Source: Vicugna vicugna
Taxonomy: Eukaryota
Direction of reading: 5' to 3'
Assembly (NCBI GenBank): GCA_013265495.1
Contig: MU058781.1
Location: 10,459,009-10,523,008, forward strand
DNA: 64,000 nucleotides
The notes below the pieces were generated by a model, which was not told the DNA's origin, ran no database searches, and saw only the letters and a program-made list of their open reading frames with translations. Numbering within the stretch: position 1 is the stretch's first letter; the number at the start of each line of letters is the position of its first letter. Position numbers and translations under genes: made by a program. Positions 1 through 12,125 of the stretch are shown piece after piece.

Positions 1-589
1 AATTATTTTTATTTCTTAGTCTGGAAATCTTTGTTTAAAATTTGCCAGAAAAATCTGTAAAGCATAATCTTTCTTCAGGTAGATAAAAGTCATTTTAACT
101 ATAAAGACTGGTCATGCAGATGAAAAAATAGTTACAAACTCCATTTTGTCCAAGGAATTACGTTAATACCTTTAAATCTACCTAAAAGCCTGGCACCAGA
201 TTTATAAATAGAAAATTACTTATATAGAAAGCTGTTTCTAATGTGACATTTTGTTTTATATTCCATAGTTATGCAAGCAATCCTCTTACTGACAGACAGG
301 TAGGTTATTTCTTGTCATTTCAAACCATATAACCATGTCCAAGTATTTAAAAATTTCTATTATTATTTCCTCCTATGAAACAGTTGAATTTTATGGTATG
401 TAAGTTGTATCTTAAAGTTGTTGAGAAAGAAGATGATAAACATAAAGAGTTAAATCAAGGTTGTTAATAATGCTGAGTTTCCCATATCTGTATTGAGCTT
501 TGAAATGCAGGACCTCTGAATAACTGACAGAATATTTTTTAACTGATCCCTATAATCTGATACATTTTTTGCTTTATATATTTTAAAGT

Positions 590-1640
590 GCTTTTTAGAT
601 GCATCTATTTTTCTGATGTGTGGAACATTTTGTCACATGGTGAGTTTCTCTACTCTAGAAACCATTTCGTCTTGAAGTCTACTTTTTCTAATATAAATAC
701 AGTTCTCCTGATTTTCTTTTGGCTAGAGTTTTTCATATTTGTTCCACATTTTCAATCATACTGTGGTCTTACATATCTTAAATTTAACATTTAAATGTTA
801 AAATATTTATATGTATCATACATAAAGAACAGGAAAACACAAAGCTGGCTAAAACAAGTCAAATTTTTAAAATAATAACATACATAATCATGTGATAATT
901 CAAAAAGTAAACTTATTTTAACCAGCTTTCTTTATGTTTTTCTTCTGTTCTGCTTTCCCCCCCATCTCTTCTTTTAATCTCTCCTTTTGTTTAGATTTTT
1001 AAAAATTTATCGCTTGCCTAGTTTGATTCCTGGTGTAGAGAGGTCTCTACACCACTAATATATATCAGATAAATGATCTATCTTTAATCATTTATAATTT
1101 ATTCTTGAAAATTTCTATAATTGCTTAGCTATAACACTTACCAGAACCTATAATTGACCAATCTTAAAACACTCCACCCACCACTCCCACCATGAAAAAA
1201 TATAAGGACTTTTCAACACTTAAGATTATCATGTATCAATTTTAATACCATTTTCATTTATTCTCTCATTTTGGGGGGGATTCATTGAGCATTACTGTAT
1301 AGGCAGTTTTTATGTAGTTTAATACACATTTTCTACTATTTTATTTGCTCATTATTTCTTCTTGTATTTTATTTCTTCTGCTTTAGGTCATTTTTTAAAT
1401 TCCTGTTAAAGCACTTTCTTAAAAGCATTTTGGTGGTAACCTGTCACTTCTGGTTTCATCTTAAAATGTCTTTATTTTGCTCTATCATGAAGGATAATAC
1501 AAAAAATATTTGTTTGTTGACATAAAGTTGATAGTAAAGTTACTAATCTGTTACTCATTAATGAAATAGTTGTGGGATTTTGTTTTCACTATCTTCTCTG
1601 CTGGCTGCTTATAACTTTATTATATTAAATTTGTGTGCAT
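590..1640 (-). mobile_element. Ancient, fragmented L1M-type LINE-1 remnant (antisense)
   Basis: T-rich sequence with antisense L1 motifs such as CTTGAAGTCTACTTTTTCTAATATAAATAC and TTTTGGCTAGAGTTTTTCATAT; heavily decayed, boundaries approximate. Confidence 0.5.
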
Positions 1641-2611
1641 TTTAAATATTAGTCATTTTCATAAAATTATTACCTTGCCACAGAATATATTTCATAATAC
1701 AGGGAGGTAATTTTGAAGGTCAGTTCTTATTTTTAAATAAAATTAGTAGTTTGAGAGCCTAGTAGGTATATATAGGTAATGTCATCGATCCTGGATTTCT
1801 GATACTATAATATTTATTATTTTCTCATCTTATTTAAGGAAATTAACTAGCCACATGATATGTGACACAAGTGGTATATTTCTTGGAAAAAAGTCTGCAC
1901 TAATTGTAATCTTAACTGAAAAGCCTTAAGATAGTTCCTCATCTTACACATTGTTTCATTTAATTCCTTTTCTGTAATGCACTGGAACTCTGATAGTTCA
2001 TTGTAAGACACTTAAGTATTACTTTAAGACTGAAATGAATAATCAATTACAAATGACAGAAGCATGTGTCTGCGAAGAGTGACCAGTGTGATGATTTTTC
2101 CTGAGTTCAAAGCCAGTCAATTTTTTTCCCAAAGAATATTTTTTTACTATCAGGTTTATGATTGATAAATGAAACTAAAAATTTTCATGATAGATTTATA
2201 ATCAAGAGAATTTTTAAACTCTCCAAGTGCAACCCTTCAGTTAGGCCAAACCAAAAAAACTTGGAGTCAAATGAATAGTTTCTTTTATACTTTTTCTGTG
2301 ATGGATAAACAGCCCCTATCATCCTACTTTTCATTAAACAAAGTATAAGACTGCAAGGGATTTTAGAAATCATGTTATTTAAATCGCTCATTCTTTGGGA
2401 AGGAAATTTAGCCTCAGAGTAATGATGCAAATGAGTGAGAGGCTGCAAAGCCTGTTAGCTTTTGGTCTGTCAATAATAGAACTTACTTCTTTCATGACAC
2501 AAGCCTGCTTCTGTTCTTTCAAGAGCTACTAAGCAACCAATAATCTTAGCTTACTGATGGACGAAAAAACAGCTAACTTATCATATCACTGGATTCTCAG
2601 CCTACGAATGA

Positions 2612-2765
2612 GATATTTACTGTTGTTGATCCATTTCTACAGGTAAGCATATTGAGGCCCAGAAGGGTTAAGGAACTCACCCAAATCTATACTGTTGGTG
2701 GATGGCATGGCTGCAAACCCATTAGTCAGACTCAGGAAACTGAACTCTTACCCAACACCTAATCC
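2612..2765 (-). mobile_element. MIR SINE
   Basis: CCATTTCTACAGGTAAGCATATTGAGGCCCAGAAGGGTTAAGGAACTCACCCAAA resembles the reverse MIR core. Confidence 0.7.
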
Positions 2766-3829
2766 TGCTACTTCATGCATTAACTTAATCAAACTGGGAG
2801 CAAATTTTTAAGGGAAGTTCTTGGCTTTAAATGCAATGAAGATTGGTTTTATCTTGACTTTTTCTTTTCCTGGTGTTTATTGAATGAGCAAGAGTTAAAA
2901 ATAAGCTTTATATCCCCTCCGGTTTTGGAAAGGTCCTAAGAGAGAATTGAGTAGATGAAAGCTGAGATTTCATCTAGTTGGCTGGATTTAAAAAAAAAAA
3001 GAAAAGAAAAGAAACCTAACTGCTCTACAATATATTCCAGGGATGAGAGTCAGCTGGAAATGCACAAATGTGGGCCAAAAAAGAATGACAGCAAACAAAT
3101 AGGGAGAAAAGGAAACTCTCCACACAAAAGCCCTAGGGAGGTTGACAGAAGCATGAGAGGTCTCTGGGCATCTTTGACTTTGAAAGTCAACTCCATTTTC
3201 CCCTTGAATCTAATCTGATCCCAGTAGGGGAGTTTTACCTACATACTTTCAAGTTTCTAAGAGGAGGCACTAAAAGTTTCAGTAATTTTTAAAAGTTACA
3301 TTGAATGTTGGATTCTTATCAAAGATCATATTAAAATATATTGGAATCCAAGAGGTAATGAGCCTTAAATCAATTTTTACTACATTTGCAAAGAGCATAC
3401 AGTAAAATTCACTACATTTTAATAAGATACTTAAGAAAAATCACTGAGTTTGGGGTAAAAACAAGTGAATTCTACCTTTATTCCTGCCAAGAAACATCAA
3501 TGTAGGCAAATGAGAGTACAGGAAAATAAGATATTTAACTTGATCAGGGTCTCAGCCTAGGGACCAAATCAAATCCACCCACAAAGAAGTTTAATTTGGG
3601 CAGCACTGGGTTTATTAAAATTAGGTTTGGTTTGTCCTTAGACAGACCTGACATCTCAGTGGACTGTGGGCAGTACCGCTTCCAAAGTACTTTGTGGTTT
3701 CTGCCAGTTTCTTACCCCTGATATGTGGGTGTCCCACCTCCTGTTTAGGTGTGGGATCTGTTCAGAAGGACAGTGGTAAGAGCACTGAAACTCCACGAAA
3801 CACATAAGCACGACAATTAATGAGGTAGA

Positions 3830-4110
3830 TGAGATTGTTAGCTCTAACTCTTCTTTCCCAGCAACCATGTCATCTGCCTTCTAAGAAATGTCTTGATGAC
3901 CCCCCTCTGTGAGTAGGCTACATTGCTCTTGTGTTCAGATATGGCCAGGGTACATGCCCTTCCAAATAGAACGAGGCAGTAGTGATGTTGTGCTAACCTT
4001 AAGCCTAAACCTCAAGAAACCTTGAGTGGTTTTGCTGGCTCTCTTGTACTTCCATTATTGCTATGATAATAATATGACTGAGCTAATTACTAGTCTTAGG
4101 AGGAGGCAGT
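3830..4110 (+). mobile_element. MLT1-family (ERVL-MaLR) LTR fragment
   Basis: ATGGCCAGGGTACATGCCCTTCCAAATAGAA...GCAGTAGTGATGTTGTGC...AAGCCTAAACCTCAAGAAACCTTG resembles old MLT1 LTRs. Confidence 0.6.
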
Positions 4111-4189
4111 ATACAAATGAGTATGTGTTATGAATGTGTCTTTAAAGATATTCACATGTTCAAATTCAATAGATGTCGAACATTGCAAG

Positions 4190-4790
4190 TTAAATCCCTG
4201 AAAGTACCCATATTGCATATCAATTTGGAAATTTAAAAAATACTGTAATGCCCAGTGTGCTTAGGTTTTGGAGATGGGAATGAAGATATGATGCTAATAC
4301 ATACTTTTGCAGGGGTATAGATTATCTCCACCTTTCTGGAGAACAATATGGAATATAGTATCAAAAGCATTAAAACATTCACAAGAATTTTTTATCTAAC
4401 AATTCTACATGGAAGAATTTTTCCTGAAGTAGGGTTGTACAGATCCCAGGTTCACAGATCATTGTAGCTTTGTTTATAGGAGCAAAACATTAGAAATAAC
4501 AGTAGTTAATTAAATTTAAAGGACAACATAAAAACAATCAAATTCTTTAAAATTATTAGGAATATTATTATAGAAGTACCTGTACTGACTCAGAAAGAAG
4601 TAGAGAAAGAAGTAGTGCAATTGCAAGAAAAGTTAAAAACAATATCTAGAGTATTATCTCACTTTTGCACAAAAGTATTCAAATGCATTTTATACAAGAG
4701 AAGTCTATACTGCAAGATGTGAAACAGGTGATACCAATTTTCTGATTTCTGCTTATCTGTATTTGTGTAATTAAAAATTAAATAACAAAT
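4190..4790 (+). mobile_element. L1ME-type LINE-1 3' fragment
   Basis: CACCTTTCTGGAGAACAATATGGAATATAGTATCAAAAGC...AATTCTACATGGAAGAATTTTTCCTGAAG is typical of old L1 ORF2 end/3' UTR. Confidence 0.6.
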
Positions 4791-6354
4791 GCATGTCCCC
4801 CCTTAAAGCTGTTGATTGAATATTTTAGAGTATCTAAAGTAGAGATCAAACCTCTTTTTCAGCTGTAAGTTAAATCCTGACTCCATTTCTACACTGGTTT
4901 CCTGTCTTCAGAATCGCTCTTCCTCTGCGGCTCTCTTCACTCTCAGTTCTACCCTATTTTATGTTCGACTGGAACGGTCACGGGACACTTGAGTTTTGGT
5001 TTTCCCTACACCTATCACTGCTGAAATAAAAAGGTAAAAAAGGCAACACGGATTTTAAAAATTCACCATTATAATCACAAAAAAAGTTTTCACTTCTCAT
5101 TTCCTTTTTCTAAATACTCATATTCCAGCTTTTCCTAAATTTTCCATATTATCTTTATAATAACTTCATTGTCTACAAAGAGGAACCTTAGAAATTCTAA
5201 GATCATAAATTTAGCAATAAACCTTTGGCATTTTAATTATTAAATACTATTTACACCTCTTATTGACTTTTGTTAGCATTAAGAGATGAAGGCAGGCAAT
5301 CTGACTTTGCTAATGACCTTGAAAATAAGGAAATTCATTTCACAATTATATTTGGATTTCTAATAAGAGGTATTAAGTCAAAAGGTTTTAGCATTATGTG
5401 GCGCAACCACTGCAAAGAATCTTAGGTTAGAAGACACAGGCAAATCAAACCCCAATTCAGTAATTTTCACATTGTTCTCCCCTGCTGTGAAATGTAATCG
5501 ATGTCCAGTCTTCTACAATAACTATGACAGTACGCCAGTTCCACTGAGTGCTTTGCTAAATTTAGAATTTTACTTTATTTTGATTAGTTTTTTGGTAATA
5601 ATCTTTATCAGTTTTCCATCTTTTCTTTAAAAAGTGTCTGTGTTTACTTCAGTTGCTCAACCAACAAAAAGATTTCTTTTAACATAAACTCACGGTCATT
5701 GAGCTTAGAAAGAGTTCCCCTCTTGCTCTTTTAAAGAATCAAAGTACAGATTGAACCTGGGGTTTCTTTAATGGCTTTAGTTTGTTTTTATTTTTTTCAG
5801 TCATTCTCAGAAGAAAATACACTTTAAATGATAAAGTAATTATAAAGAACTTAGAAAATAATGATTTCTATATCTCTTCAAGAATATCATTATTTCCCTT
5901 TTTTAAACCACCAAAATAAATATAAATAAAAGTTTATGATACATATAAATAAAAACCATTTAGAGAAGTCAGGCTCTTCTATAACTAATAATAGAGATGC
6001 AGGAATTTATCTAAGGAAGACAAACTTCAAAATTTCTTTAAAGAACCTAAGTTTAAGCTAACAGCATTCAAGTATTTAATAATTTTCCAAGAAGATTTTA
6101 AGAAGTATGGATCAGATAGATAGTTTAAGAAAGCATCTGATATAACTAGACTTTAATGTGTTTTTTTTCCATAGAAAGGGACTTTCTTCTCTCAAAGTTG
6201 AATTGCTATTATAAATCTAATTTTATTTTGCCAATGAAAGGAATTATATATTTACTCTTGTCAGATGACTATCACCACTTAACTATCCATGTGACTTTCA
6301 ACATCTGCAATTCCAAATTTCCAGTCATGAAAGGGGCTTAAATATAAACGCACG

Positions 6355-6680
6355 TATTCATTCATCCAGATATTCATTTATTCTGCCCTTCACTCCACAG
6401 TCATTTTAGAGACTGTGTTCATGACAGACCCTGAAGATAAAACAGTGAACAGGAAAAGCACAGTATCTGCCTTCTCAAAACTTACCTACTGATAGGAAAA
6501 TCCAACCCTGAAAACAATTATTAAACAGTATGAATGGAAAGGTAAAACAGGGCACCGTGGGAGCATGGAAAGGGACAACTGGCTCACTAGGGATCTGGAG
6601 AAGGTTTCCTGAAGATCTCTTGGTTAAGACCTGAAGTAGGAGTAGTTATGGCTGGGGCAGAGAAGTGAATAGTAACTGGT
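6355..6680 (-). mobile_element. L2 LINE 3' fragment
   Basis: TATTCATTCAT tail (reverse of TGAA repeats), GATAAAACAGTGAACAGGAAAAGCACAGTATCTGCCTTCTC, GGAGAAGGTTTCCTGAAGA. Confidence 0.65.
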
Positions 6681-7310
6681 ACCATCACTTTTAACAACTC
6701 TTCTGAAACACTGACTCCTGTATGCACAATCAGATATAACCTAAGTGAACAGGATCGCATGGAAAAAAAGCTATGTCTATGTATACAAAAGGGGCTAAAA
6801 TTAACCTGAAGTGATAGTAAGGGGAAAGGTGACATTCACATACATCAGTTCCACTTGTTCTCCTCTTCAATCTGTACCTTTAGACTGTAGTTGACTTTGG
6901 AGGCCTGCATCTGAACCTGAAAGATAACAGTGTTTGAGGTCAGTAGGGGAACAACATTGGCCATTTTCTAAAAACCAAATTGATGATGTTCAAAGTGTTT
7001 ATATATATGATCTAGTATGTCCATTCTAGGAATTCATACTTTCAGGTACATAGATAGATAGATAGATCTATATAAAGACAGAAATTTATGCTCAGTAATA
7101 TTTACTATAATAGCAAATGTTGGGAGAAAACTCAATAATGGGGGAACAAAAATAAATAATCAGGATACACAAAATTAAAAATGCTAAGCTCAGAAAATCA
7201 GTAGAGATAATGCAAAAAAGAAAACCCAGATGAAATAAGACAAAGCTTTTTTACAATGAATATGGATCATTTAAAAACTAAGAAAAAATAATATAATTTT
7301 AAAAATTGTA

Positions 7311-7770
7311 TTTTTTTTTATTGATGTATAGTTGACTTACAATATTATATTAGTTTCAGGTATACAACATAGTAATTTTAGTTTTCTATAGGTTACACTC
7401 CAAAGCTATGATAAAATATTGACTATATTCTCTGTGCTATATATTACATCCTTACAACTTATTTTATAACTGCTAATTTGTACCTCAATCCCCTTCATCT
7501 ATTTTGCTCCTCTGCCTCCCCTTCTTCCTTCTGGTAACTACATCTGTGAGTCTATTTGTTATATTTGTTCATTTGTTTCATTTTTTTAGATCCACATATA
7601 AGTGCAAACATAGAGTATTTGTCTGCTTTATTTCACTGTGTATAATATCCTCTAGGTTCATCCATGTCTTCTCAAATGGCAAGATTTTATTCTTAATGAT
7701 GGCTGAGTAATATTCCACTGTATAGATATATATTCCGTATCTTCTTTATCCATTCATCTCCTGATGGACA
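7311..7770 (-). mobile_element. 5'-truncated LINE-1 (artiodactyl-type 3' UTR)
   Basis: Poly-T then TTATTGATGTATAGTTGACTTACAATATTATATTAGTTTCAGGTATACAACATAG through CCATTCATCTCCTGATGGACA; approximate TSD TTAAAAATTGTATTT / TTAAAATTTTATTT. Confidence 0.9.
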
Positions 7771-8059
7771 TTAAAATTTTATTTATTTTTAAAACACAAA
7801 TACACTATTTGTACCAGATCATTCTGTGTATTTGGGAGCTACACCCACTTCCCTAATATTCTAACTAATCAAAGTAACTTACAATATCTCCTTGAGTGCA
7901 CTTCACAAACTCGAGAAAATAATGGCTATGTTGGTAGTTTCTAGAGTGGTAGAAATCTATAGAATTGAGGAAGAAATGAATGTGGAATATGTATTGAGTA
8001 TTTAAGTATCTGGAAGATACAGAGTTCACCAATTTACAACCATTATTTAGTCCCTTGCA

Positions 8060-8190
8060 ACAACAGCAGCTCTGTGAGCAAGGTGATATAAATCCTCTTT
8101 TTACATTGAACAAGCTGAAATACAGAAATACCAAGCTACTCTCCCAAAGCGAGGCAGCTTGTCTGTGACAGAGCTGGAACTAAACTGTTA
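8060..8190 (-). mobile_element. MIR SINE fragment
   Basis: CAGCTCTGTGAGCAAGGTGAT...TTTTACATTGAACAAGCTGAA...GTGACAGAGCTGGAACT. Confidence 0.55.
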
Positions 8191-8199
8191 TATAAAGTA

Positions 8200-8715
8200 C
8201 AGGCATATCTCATTTTATTGTGCTTTACCAGACTTCACAGATAATGCCTTTTTTTTTTTTAAATAAATTGAAGGTTTGTGGCAACTCTAAGCATAGAGTC
8301 TAGTCTCATGGTGCCATTTTTCCAGCAGCATCTGCTCACTTCAATGTCTCTGTGTCACATTTTTCTAACACTCATAATATTTTAAACTTTTTCATCGTTA
8401 GGATATTTGTTATGGTGATCTGTGATCAGTGATTTTTGATGTTACCTTTGCGAAAAAATTATGACTCACTTAAGGCTCAGAAGATGGCAAGCATTTTTTA
8501 GCAAAATATATTTTTTTGCAAAATATTTTTAATTAAGGCATGTACTTTTTTTACAGACATAATGCTATTGCACACTTAAAAGACTACACTATAGCGTAAG
8601 CATAACTTTAATATGCCTACAAAACCAAAAAATTTGGGTGACTTGCTTTATTATGATATTTGGTCTTATTGTGGTGGTCTGGAACCCAGCCTGCGAAATC
8701 TACTAGGTGTGACTT
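8200..8715 (+). mobile_element. Tigger1 internal-deletion derivative (Tigger1a-like, TcMar DNA transposon)
   Basis: TA|CAGGCATATCTC start, AAATTGAAGGTTTGTGGCAAC, GTGATCTGTGATCAGTGAT, GACATAATGCTATTGCACACTTAA, decayed right TIR AGGTGTGACTT|TA; TA dinucleotide on both sides; no transposase. Confidence 0.9.
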
Positions 8716-10139
8716 TATGCTTTAGCATTACAATGATTCCCATCTTAATTAAGAAGAAACTGAGATTCTTAATCATGAAGAAACTGAGTGACCACATCCA
8801 ACATATAATGTCATGTATCTAATAAAGCTGCAGCTACATTATGTCTGTATGTGTGGGATACAATGCCCTTTCAGTTACCAGCAATGGATGGATTTTCAGC
8901 ATAAGCAAAGCACCAGGGAAGTGCCTGAGGGAAACAACGTTCCCCTTGATTTCCCTATCATCTTTCCTAACTCCATTCCTTTAGCAAGTAAATGTGCTTG
9001 TGGTTGGTTTGCCCTGAGGCTCTGAAAGCCTGATTTCATCCATTTAGGCTTAGTGCAAATTCCTGCCTGATTTCTCCTTTCAACCCTACTTCCGTGTCAT
9101 CTCCAGGGCTACAAGATGGTGTCATCTTGGGTTCTAGATCTTCCTCACCCTCAAGTTCTTAGGTCTTGATCTAATAGATCTGATCTAATTTTATAACAAA
9201 CAAATCAAAATAAATTTTTTAGCAAATAACAGAAACTCACAGTATCTTGTCTGGTTAATTAAAAATAAAACAACAGCAGTGGCAACAATTTAAAAAAAGG
9301 CATTACCTGTCAATTTCATAATCGTCCTCTTATCCAGTTCACCAGGAAAGCAAAGTGTTCACACAGAAAGGTGACAACAATGTACAGTATCTGATAAATA
9401 AAGATAATGAGTTTCCCCCTCTTTGTTGAAACCGGGCCATCCACAACTATATCATCACTGAAGTGGAAACCAATCATCACTCAGCCTGCATTAATGTCAT
9501 GATATTATGATTGTGATTCACTCAGTAGCCTGCTGCAGACAGCAATTCTTATAAATAAGCCCCCTCATTCAGAATGCCACAGGATGTGCTCAGGCGGCTG
9601 GCAGAGACAACATAAATATTGATCATCCCCATAATTGTAATTTATATTGGTATAATGTCCTCCTTATGAAGCATTTAAATGGCTCTGAATATTTTCCTCT
9701 GATTGGTCCTAATTCAAGTACAGATGTGACCTGCGTTTATCTATGCCATGATATAAAAAATAAATTAAAAGTATAAACACAATTTGTGTTTGGGAAGGAA
9801 GATGATGTCTAGCTTATTCAGAAAACAAACTGATTTTATAGTACTTTAAACAACTACTTGGCAGGTAATATAATGTTGCAGTATGTGTTATGTTAGTAAC
9901 AAATTATTTTTATTTTCTCATTCAGGCATGCATGGCTGTTTTTCTCTCGGCTAGTACTCCATTAGTCCCTGGTTGGAACCTTAATAGTATTTATTTGTCA
10001 ATATTGTACAAATCAACCATTTTTCTTCTTCTGATTCTTCTTTCTCTCACTCATCCCAAATTTTGAAATATCATTAAATTTTAAAATAGCATACAATTTT
10101 TTTTTAAGCTGTGTTCTAAATGTAGCTTATTCTATATTT

Positions 10140-10590
10140 ATGCCATACCACTATTTCTGCATCTAGTCTCTGCCCTGGGATCTGCTCATCTGCATCATTA
10201 ATTTTCCTTTCTCTACTGGGTCATTCTCATCATTATATACACATGCTCCAGCATTTCCCATCACAAGATATACAAACCTTGACTGGACTGGGCATCCTCC
10301 TCCCAAAGCCAATTCTCTATTCACAGAGAATTTCTGAATTCATTTCCTTATCTTCCATTCTCTGTTTAGTACTTTCAATGTTCATTATTCTCATGGTTAT
10401 CAAGGACCATTAAGGTTAGTAATTAAAGTATCTATTTTATTATACTTGTTGGGCATGGTCTCTCAGCAGCCTTTGCTATAGGAGCTGACCCCTTTTTCAT
10501 GACACACTTCTGTATTCTATGAAAACATTTTTTTTCTGGGTTTTCCTCTTATGTCTCCAGCAGCTCCTCCATCTCCTTAGCTAATATCTT
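10140..10590 (+). mobile_element. L2 LINE internal fragment
   Basis: Pyrimidine-rich TCTCTACTGGGTCATTCTCATCA...ACATGCTC, TCTCTCAGCAGCCTTTG, TTTTCCTCTTATGTCTCCAGCAGCTCCTCC motifs. Confidence 0.6.
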
Positions 10591-10595
10591 TTCTC

Positions 10596-11455
10596 AAAGT
10601 GTTTCTTAAATCACTTATCCTTGTTTCGTTAAGGTTTCCCTCCTCTGAGGTTTTATCTTGATTTTTCTTTTGGAGCATATTCTTCTGTTTTCTCATTTTT
10701 CTGGACTCTGTGTTGGCTTTTATACCTGAGATAAAAGAAGCATGTCTCCCAGTCTTGGAGGAGTGGTCTCATGTAGGAGATGAAATTTGTGATTCAACCT
10801 GGCCCTGGCACTTGGTTGTTGCTCGAAACTTTTTGATTGTCGAAGCAGCCTGATTTATTTTAAATAATTCTTAATAAGTAGTTGAGAGAGTGCCAAGACC
10901 CATCACTATCCCAAAGGGGAGGATCTCAGTCAGCACCCAGATTCAGGCTGATTGGATGCGGGACCCTCAGGCAGCAGCTTGTAAAGCATGCAAATGTACA
11001 TCCTGTGGGACTGCAAACGTCAGCCCTGCGGGCCACCAGCGCCAGGTGATCTGCAGGTGTCCCCTGAGCGGCAGCCACAAAAACTGGGGTACCAGACTGT
11101 GTAAAAGATCCCCTCCAGGAGATGCAAGTGCTCTGGAGTGTGGCTAGGGGAGAGCACAGAGATAGTCCTCGTCCTGAGATCTCTTTGAAAGGACCACAGT
11201 CAGCCCTTCGAGTGGAGTTGAATTAGGAGCCAGCCCCACAGGCTGCAGCTATGGTAAGCTGGCAGGCCACCTTCACAGAAAGACTGAGTTCCTTGATCTG
11301 TTGCCTCTTGCTGGGCCCTGGGGCTGGGAGCCATTTAAGAATTCTTTCTCCATTGGCTACAGTCCTGTGGGAACCATGAGTATAAGCTCCACTGGCCACG
11401 GAGCCAGACAAGGGTAGAAGCTCTTTTCTGGGAGATACTGGCGAGCTGGAGGGAG
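10596..11455 (-). mobile_element. LINE-1 5' region fragment (5' UTR/ORF1 start, antisense) with monomer-like repeats
   Basis: TTCTCATTTTTCTGGACTCTGTGTTGGC...TCTCCCAGTCTTGGAGGAGTGGTCTCATGTAGGAGATGAA recalled from Laurasiatherian L1 5' ends; GC-richer than flanks; subfamily not assigned. Confidence 0.6.
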
Positions 11456-11977
11456 ATAGAGGTCACAGATGAAAAGCATATATTTTGAAAAAATTTCCCA
11501 ATTATACTTGTGTACTTCTGTGAGAACGTATTTTAGATTATAGGGAGTAGTCCTTTGAAAGCGCTGTATAATACATAGTAAATTGGTTAAAAAAAAAAAA
11601 AAGATAGATCATCTCAGATTCTTTTTTTCCCCAAAATACTATCTACTGGACCCTCTTGAAAAATGGAAGATGATGTCTCCTGTCCAGGCTTAGTGCCTGG
11701 ACTCCTGAGTTCCTCAGAAGAAAGCTTGTGGCTACCACATAATGCATGGTAGTGAAGAAAGTTCTTTAAACTGAAGGATAAGATCTGAAATATAGAGTGA
11801 GAATATTTTATGAGCACGGGGCTGAGACTAGTAAGAGCAATGTGCACTCAAGGGAATTTGAGATTTACTTTCTAAAGAAGAGGTTTAATGCTGAGGGATA
11901 TTAGAGGATACTGTTGGATGGGTAGATAGAGGCTCCAAAGCATAGGGTTTTGAACACAGAATCAAGAGTTTTCCTTA

Positions 11978-12125
11978 AAAAAAATACAAATTTTATTTGC
12001 AAACCAGAAATAGACTCACGGACATAGAAAACAAACTACGGTTACCAAAGGAGAAAAGAGGCAGGGGCTGGGGAGAAAGGGATAAATTAGGAGTTCAGGA
12101 TTAACAGATACATATTACTATATAT
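11978..12125 (+). mobile_element. LINE-1 3' UTR fragment
   Basis: CAGAAATAGACTCACGGACATAGAAAACAAACTACGGTTACCAAAGG...GGGATAAATTAGGAGTTCAGGATTAACAGATAC. Confidence 0.85.

Noticed and set aside
5367..5630. 87-codon stop-free plus frame with a CNRC motif and hydrophobic tail
   Set aside because: No ATG, no good acceptor, hydrophobic tail is simply T-rich DNA, peptide not recognised
5856..5895. Hairpin AAATAATGAT...ATCATTATTT
   Set aside because: AT-rich 10-bp stem, expected by chance in 64 kb of this composition
11978..12125. Missing 3' UTR of the 25903-27062 L1, displaced
   Set aside because: Begins near where that copy ends but overlaps it by about 20 nt, lies 14 kb away, and such fragments are very abundant
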